This document shows, one piece after another, positions 56,936-64,000 of a stretch of 64,000 nucleotides of DNA. The notes below the pieces were generated by a model. It was given only the letters and a program-made list of their open reading frames with translations, searched no databases and was not told where the DNA came from. Within the stretch, counting starts at the first letter, position 1. Every line of letters begins with the position of its first letter. The position numbers and the translations under genes were made by a program. Origin of the DNA: Macrostomum lignano (taxonomy: Eukaryota). The DNA lies in the NCBI GenBank assembly GCA_002269645.1, contig NIVC01003202.1, forward strand, positions 1-64,000, read 5' to 3'.

Positions 56936-58964
56936 CAGGAAGGAAATGCTCTGAAGTTTAAATCAAAATAGAGTATAATAATTATTAGATAAATTTCTTA
57001 TAAAGATATAAATTGCTAAATAGACTTAGAATTAGGTCTTAACTTGAAAAAGTTTTTATTTGCAATTTTGATTTTTGTAATACCTTACTTTGATTCAATG
57101 AATAAAGGAGATAAAACTCAATAATACAATAGACTGGGTGAATAGACTAATAATATTAAAAAAAGTTAATGCTAGCCTATCAATAAAAAGTTTATATTTA
57201 AGCCTACTCTATAATATAGCTATGATATTTCCATTATAAAATTTGCAATATAGCTTTTAATTTTGCAGCATAGCTTTAATAGGCTATAGTTAGGACCTAA
57301 AAACTAGTTACCAATGATAATTAAATAAAAATATAAAACAATTTAATTAAAAAAGAACAATTAGTTATTAATACATTGATTTTTGCTATATTATTTTAAG
57401 AAAGACTAGAGGCAGAAAAGACAATCAACCAAATTTAGACTGAGATCGGATTCTCTAGGCAGATACACAATACAGATGCAAGTCGCCACATTTTTAGCTA
57501 CAATCTCAATTTTTTTAAAAATAAAAAAACATTTTTAGGAAAAGTGACAATATTAAATAAAAAATAGGATAACAAAGAATAAAGACTTGACAGTATGTTT
57601 TGTTTGATGATAAAAATATCACAACAGAACACAGGCACAGAACATAACAGGATGAAATGAAAATTGAGATTATAATTATACAAATGCTAGCTATAAATAA
57701 GATGGAGAAAAGTAAACATCAAATTGCTAATTAATTAAAAAGTACCACTTCTACAACTTTAAAAACTTTCCAGTACTACTTTTGGACAATGCGAAGTTTA
57801 TAGCTTATAATAATAAACCGGCATTTTTTCGGCCCAGTGTGAAGTTTCGAGCGTGAGCACCTTCTGATATTACGATACTTCTCCGCAACGTAAGGAGAAT
57901 TAGGCTTCGTGGAAACTGTTATTTTCAAATGTCACGATTCAAACAAAACGCGATATTTGCAAACACTTCGTTATATCAACTGTATAAATTTTACAAAACA
58001 AAAGCTTAATGTAAAGTAAATTTTCTGCTCGTATACGTTACGAATCAGCACGTGGCTCCTATCTGGTCATCCAGATTTGACATAAAGCAGATATCTTGCC
58101 TTCAAAATGTTGATTAGAATTCCGTTGGCACATGTATTCGCGGAATATTCCAGTGCTTCATGACATGATCAAACCACGACGTCTGTTGACCAATGCTGTC
58201 TTCGTCTCAAATTCCAGCTATCGATTTCTTCTTCTTCTTCCTCCTGCTTAAGTAATCCATACATGTAAGTACATGTACTACATGCATGTAGACGTGGCAT
58301 GTTCAATAAAGCAAATTAAATTAACTCACTTATCTTTACTTTAAACTGGTAGTACATTTATGTAATCTCTATCTTTATTCAATATTTTATTGAAATAGCT
58401 TATGCTTTGAGTGGAAGAGTTGTAAAAATAAGAAGAGTGGAAGATGAGTGTGAATATGCATCGTAAATGTGCATGTCTCGATCCCCAGCAGAGCAATGTC
58501 TTTGACTCTGAGTTAGAAAATCGAACTACATGTAAATGTCGTACATTCAGGTTTAAAGCTTTTATCACCATGACTTAGGCCGTTTGCCGACCCCTTATTT
58601 AAGTAGCCCTTTCTAACTACCTGAGTAGTCCGCGCGGTTACATAGTAAATTCGTCGAAAAATGTTGTCGGTCACATTCATATGATCTGCCGCCGATTGGC
58701 AATTGGCTGAGCACCCGGTGAGCAGACTCGGGTAATTAATGCGAGTTTTAAGCTTGTAAGTTCGAAAACCAAGAAACTCGTGAACACGGGAAAGCGATTA
58801 GACTCGAGATTCAAATATTGTTTCGCATTGGCTTTACAAAAACTACGACAAATCTGAATCTGCAGATTTTTTCGGATTTATAAATCCCAACAGAAATTAC
58901 TCGCAAGAGCAGCTTAAGAAGCAAATAGAAAGCAAAAACTTTCTCGTACTACTTTCGAAGAATA

Positions 58965-59130
58965 TGAAGTTTCGAGCTTGTGAAGTTTTGAGCTTGTGCA
59001 CGAAGTTTCGAGCTTGTGAAGTTTTGAGCTTGTGCACGAAGTTTCGAGCTTGTGAAGTTTTGGGCGTGTGAAGTTTCGAGCGTGTGAAGTTTTGGGCGTG
59101 TGATGTTTTGAGCGTGTGAAGTTTTGAGCG
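58965..59130. repeat. ~16-nt tandem repeat (GAAGTTTCGAGCTTGT), with single dispersed copies near 57840 and 59200
   Basis: Direct reading. Confidence 0.85.
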
Positions 59131-60124
59131 TGGAAGTTCAAGGACCACTGTATATGGCCATATGCAGTGGTCCTTGGTGAAGTTATTAGCGTTTTGCTTG
59201 TGAAGTTTCGAGCTCGTGCATAAAATATTTAGTGCTTTGTGAAACTCTCCCGTTTTGTTTTTGATGACACAAAACAAGCTTATGGCTAAAAAATACATTC
59301 ATATGACATACTGCTGTATCATACAGTATCATACAGTATCATACAGTATCATACAGTATCATACAGTACGTACGTCAAATTGTCAACCATGCATTTGCGA
59401 TCAGCGATCAACTCTAACGGTAAATTAAAAAAGCAGATGTAAAAACTCTTCATCGGAATTGGCATCCGATTTTATTGCAATAAATTTTCGGGACTTTTCA
59501 AACTGAACAATTAATAGCGTCTCTTCTGTTTCATTTTGTTTATTTAAATCCTGCTAATTAAACACCCGCTTAAGTTGTAGTAATTGATACGGGGATGGGG
59601 TTGGCAGCCACTAGAAAACCATTTTTAAACATTGCTGGGCAGTTCAGATCAGTTCTTATAGTTTCCTTTTTAGTTTTTGTAGACGCACACTTGTTAGAAT
59701 TTTGAGCTCCAAGCAATCATCGCTCTACCTGAAATTGCAGTAGAGGGGACAGGGTGTGGGAACAAAATGAATTAAAATATCGATTGTAACAAAAATTTCA
59801 ATGCACCTGCCTTAAACCTTCATCATTCATTCAAGCTTGTTTACACAATTGCTATTGTGCCACGCCCTAGTTGGAATTCAAAGATAAAATTGTGTTGCAA
59901 TTACCACAGCTCTTTTTTCGAACTGCTTTCGAATCAGATTAGCTACGAGGATAGATTAGATTTTAACGCTAGAGTAGTTTATACGACCTCGTGGTTGTTG
60001 ACACTCCATAGAAACTATGCAGCACAGTCACTTTAATGAAAAAGGTTCAATTTGAATTTCAAATAGGCCTTTCTAGCTAGGACTTCAAATTAGTCTGTTG
60101 AAGGATGTTACTTGACAAGATTGG

Positions 60125-63100
60125 CTTCTTGCTTCTCCCCATGAATCCCAGGAGTTGCTCACTCACTTCTTGCCGAAATTCTCCCCATGAATCCCAGGAG
60201 TTGCTCAATCACTTCTTGCCGAAAATCTCCCCGTGAATCCCAGGAGTTGCTCACTCACTTCTTGCCGAAAATCTCCCCATGAATCCCAGGAGTTGCTCAC
60301 TCACTTCTTGCCGAAATTCTCCCCATGAATCCCAGGAGTTGCTCACTCACTTCTTGCCGAAATCTCCCCATGAATCCCAGGAGTTGCTCACTCACTTCTT
60401 GCCGAAATTCTCCCCATGAATCCCAGGAGTTGCTCACTCACTTCTTGCCGAAATTCTCCCCATGAATCCCAGGAGTTGCTCACTCACTTCTTGCCGAAAT
60501 TCTCCCCGTGAATCCCAGGAGTTGCTCACTCACTTCTTGCCGAAATTCTCCCCATGAATCCCAGGAGTTGCTCACTCACTTCTTGCCGAAATTCTCCCCA
60601 TGAATCCCAGGAGTTGCTCACTCACTTCTTGCCGAAATTCTCCCCGTGAATCCCAGGAGTTGCTCACTCACTTCTTGCCGAAATTCTCCCCATGAATCCC
60701 AGGAGTTGCTCAATAACTTCTTGCCGAAATTCTCCCCATGAATCCCAGGAGTTGCTCACTTCTTGCCGAAATTCTCCCCGTGAATCCCAGGAGTTGCTCA
60801 CTCACTTCTTGCCGAAATTCTCCCCATGAATCCCAGGAGTTGCTCACTCACTTCTTGCCGAAATTCTCCCCATGAATCCCAGGAGTTGCTCACTCACTTC
60901 TTGCCGAAATTCTCCCCGTGAATCCCAGGAGTTGCTCACTCACTTCTTGCCGAAAATCTCCCCGTGAATCCCAGGAGTTGCTCACTCACTTCTTGCCGAA
61001 ATTCTCCCCGTGAATCCCAGGAGTTGCTCACTTCTTGCCGAAAATCTCCCCGTGAATCCCAGGAGTTGCTCACTTCTTGCCGAAATTCTCCCCGTGAATC
61101 CCAGGAGTTGCTCACTTCTTGCCGAAATTCTCCCCGTGAATCCCAGGAGTTGCTCACTTCTTGCCGAAATTCTCCCCATGAATCCCAGGAGTTGCTCACT
61201 TCTTGCCGAAATTCTCCCCATGAATCCCAGGAGTTGCTCACTTCTTGCCGAAATTCTCCCCATGAATCCCAGGAGTTGCTCACTTCTTGCCGAAATTCTC
61301 CCCATGAATCCCAGGAGTTGCTCACTCACTTCTTGCCGAAATTCTCCCCATGAATCCCAGGAGTTGCTCACTTCTTGCCGAAATTCTCCCCGTGAATCCC
61401 AGGAGTTGCTCACTCACTTCTTGCCGAAATTCTCCCCGTGAATCCCAGGAGTTGCTCACTCACTTCTTGCCGAAATCTCCCCATGAATCCCAGGAGTTGC
61501 TCACTCACTTCTTGCCGAAATTCTCCCCATGAATCCCAGGAGTTGCTCACTCACTTCTTGCCGAAATTCTCCCCATGAATCCCAGGAGTTGCTCACTTCT
61601 TGCCGAAATTCTCCCCGTGAATCCCAGGAGTTGCTCACTTCTTGCCGAAATTCTCCCCATGAATCCCAGGAGTTGCTCACTCACTTCTTGCCGAAATTCT
61701 CCCCGTGAATCCCAGGAGTTGCTCACTCACTTCTTGCCGAAATTCTCCCCATGAATCCCAGGAGTTGCTCACTCACTTCTTGCCGAAATCTCCCCATGAA
61801 TCCCAGGAGTTGCTCATCACTTCTTGCCGAAATTCTCCCCATGAATCCCAGGAGTTGCTCATCACTTCTTGCCGAAATTCTCCCCATGAATCCCAGGAGT
61901 TGCTCACTCACTTCTTGCCGAAATTCTCCCCGTGAATCCCAGGAGTTGCTCACTCACTTCTTGCCGAAATTCTCCCCATGAATCCCAGGAGTTGCTCACT
62001 CACTTCTTGCCGAAATTCTCCCCATGAATCCCAGGAGTTGCTCACTTCTTGCCGAAATTCTCCCCGTGAATCCCAGGAGTTGCTCACTCACTTCTTGCCG
62101 AAATTCTCCCCATGAATCCCAGGAGTTGCTCACTCACTTCTTGCCGAAATTCTCCCCATGAATCCCAGGAGTTGCTCACTTCTTGCCGAAAATCTCCCCG
62201 TGAATCCCAGGAGTTGCTCACTCACTTCTTGCCGAAATTCTCCCCATGAATCCCAGGAGTTGCTCACTCACTTCTTGCCGAAATCTCCCCATGAATCCCA
62301 GGAGTTGCTCATCACTTCTTGCCGAAATTCTCCCCATGAATCCCAGGAGTTGCTCACTTCTTGCCGAAATTCTCCCCATGAATCCCAGGAGTTGCTCACT
62401 TCTTGCCGAAATTCTCCCCATGAATCACAGGAGTTGCTCACTTCTTGCCGAAAATCTCCCCATGAATCCCAGGAGTTGCTCACTCACTTCTTGCCGAAAT
62501 TCTCCCCGTGAATCCCAGGAGTTGCTCACTCACTTCTTGCCGAAAATCTCCCCATGAATCCCAGGAGTTGCTCACTCACTTCTTGCCGAAATTCTCCCCG
62601 TGAATGCCAGGAGTTGCTCAATCACTTCTTGCCGAAATTCTCCCCGTGAATCCCAGGAGTTGCTCACTCACTTCTTGCCGAAATTCTCCCCGTGAATCCC
62701 AGGAGTTGCTCACTTCTTGCCGAAATCTCCCCATGAATCCCAGGAGTTGCTCACTTCTTGCCGAAATTCTCCCCGTGAATCCCAGGAGTTGCTCACTTCT
62801 TGCCGAAATTCTCCCCATGAATCCCAGGAGTTGCTCACTTCTTGCCGAAATTCTCCCCATGAATCCCAGGAGTTGCTCACTTCTTGCCGAAATTCTCCCC
62901 ATGAATCCCAGGAGTTGCTCACTTCTTGCCGAAAATCTCCCCGTGAATCCCAGGAGTTGCTCACTCACTTCTTGCCGAAATCTCCCCATGAATCCCAGGA
63001 GTTGCTCACTCACTTCTTGCCGAAATCTCCCCATGAATCCCAGGAGTTGCTCACTCACTTCTTGCCGAAATTCTCCCCATGAATCCCAGGAGTTGCTCAC

Positions 63101-64000
63101 TTCTTGCCGAAATTCTCCCCATGAATCCCAGGAGTTGCTCACTCACTTCTTGCCGAAATTCTCCCCATGAATCCCAGGAGTTGCTCACTCACTTCTTGCC
63201 GAAATTCTCCCCGTGAATCCCAGGAGTTGCTCACTCACTTCTTGCCGAAATTCTCCCCGTGAATCCCAGGAGTTGCTCACTCACTTCTTGCCGAAATTCT
63301 CCCCATGAATCCCAGGAGTTGCTCACTCACTTCTTGCCGAAATTCTCCCCATGAATCCCAGGAGTTGCTCACTCACTTCTTGCCGAAATTCTCCCCATGA
63401 ATCCCAGGAGTTGCTCACTCACTTCTTGCCGAAATTCTCCCCGTGAATCCCAGGAGTTGCTCACTTCTTGCCGAAATTCTCCCCATGAATCCCAGGAGTT
63501 GCTCACTCACTTCTTGCCGAAATTCTCCCCGTGAATCCCAGGAGTTGCTCACTCACTTCTTGCCGAAATTCTCCCCATGAATCCCAGGAGTTGCTCACTC
63601 ACTTCTTGCCGAAATTCTCCCCATGAATCCCAGGAGTTGCTCACTTCTTGCCGAAATTCTCCCCATGAATCCCAGGAGTTGCTCACTCACTTCTTGCCGA
63701 AATTCTCCCCATGAATCCCAGGAGTTGCTCACTTCTTGCCGAAATTCTCCCCGTGAATCCCAGGAGTTGCTCACTCACTTCTTGCCGAAATTCTCCCCAT
63801 GAATCCCAGGAGTTGCTCACTCACTTCTTGCCGAAATCTCCCCATGAATCCCAGGAGTTGCTCATCACTTCTTGCCGAAATTCTCCCCATGAATCCCAGG
63901 AGTTGCTCACTTCTTGCCGAAAATCTCCCCATGAATCCCAGGAGTTGCTCACTTCTTGCCGAAATTCTCCCCATGAATCCCAGGAGTTGCTCACTTCTTG
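60125..64000. repeat. Long satellite of 42/46-nt units (CTTCTTGCCGAAATTCTCCCCATGAATCCCAGGAGTTGCTCA[CTCA]); runs off the window end
   Basis: More than 85 highly similar copies; explains all ORFs from 60936 onward. Confidence 0.98.

Noticed and set aside
58255-58550. TACATGTA palindromes (also ~49470 and ~54615) as hairpin RNA or SECIS
   Set aside because: A common simple motif scattered through the window; it lacks the SECIS RTGA/AA/GA core.
60125-64000. CRISPR-like appearance and many overlapping ORFs
   Set aside because: Head-to-tail units with no unique spacers and no cas genes, in a eukaryotic context. The ORFs arise from a stop-free 42-nt unit.

Overview
Eukaryotic (metazoan) genomic DNA with GC-rich, Ala/Gln/Pro-rich exons and AT-rich introns, most of which carry a private minisatellite. 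This pattern resembles the flatworm Macrostomum, which is an inference and not a database match. No prokaryotic features (CRISPR, operons) are supported. Genes recognised by manual translation and splice-phase checks: the 3' part of a SHANK-like PDZ scaffold (+, with 1-nt frameshifts), tRNA-Arg(ACG), a nischarin homolog (-) with a ~36 x 11-aa repeat inside its last exon, a small single-pass membrane ORF, a 4-exon THAP-like/ZAD-like zinc-binding gene (+), a stand-alone 5-exon CASP golgin (-), an MS4A-like 4-TM gene (-), and two tandem 3-exon paralogs encoding TSP1-repeat single-pass receptors with a cytoplasmic PPSY motif. The second paralog has an otherwise intact frame with two in-frame UGA codons at Cys- and Trp-equivalent positions. 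Mobile DNA: an intact DD37D (maT) Tc1/mariner element, a hAT MITE, a 7-kb TIR element with a 6-bp flanking duplication and a FLYWCH remnant that hosts a nested 2.6-kb non-autonomous hAT, a decayed LINE, CORE-type tRNA-SINEs, a mariner relic, and an unidentified decayed ORF of about 1.6 kb. The window ends in a satellite of more than 3.8 kb with 42/46-nt units. Most long ORFs in the supplied track are artefacts of these repeats.
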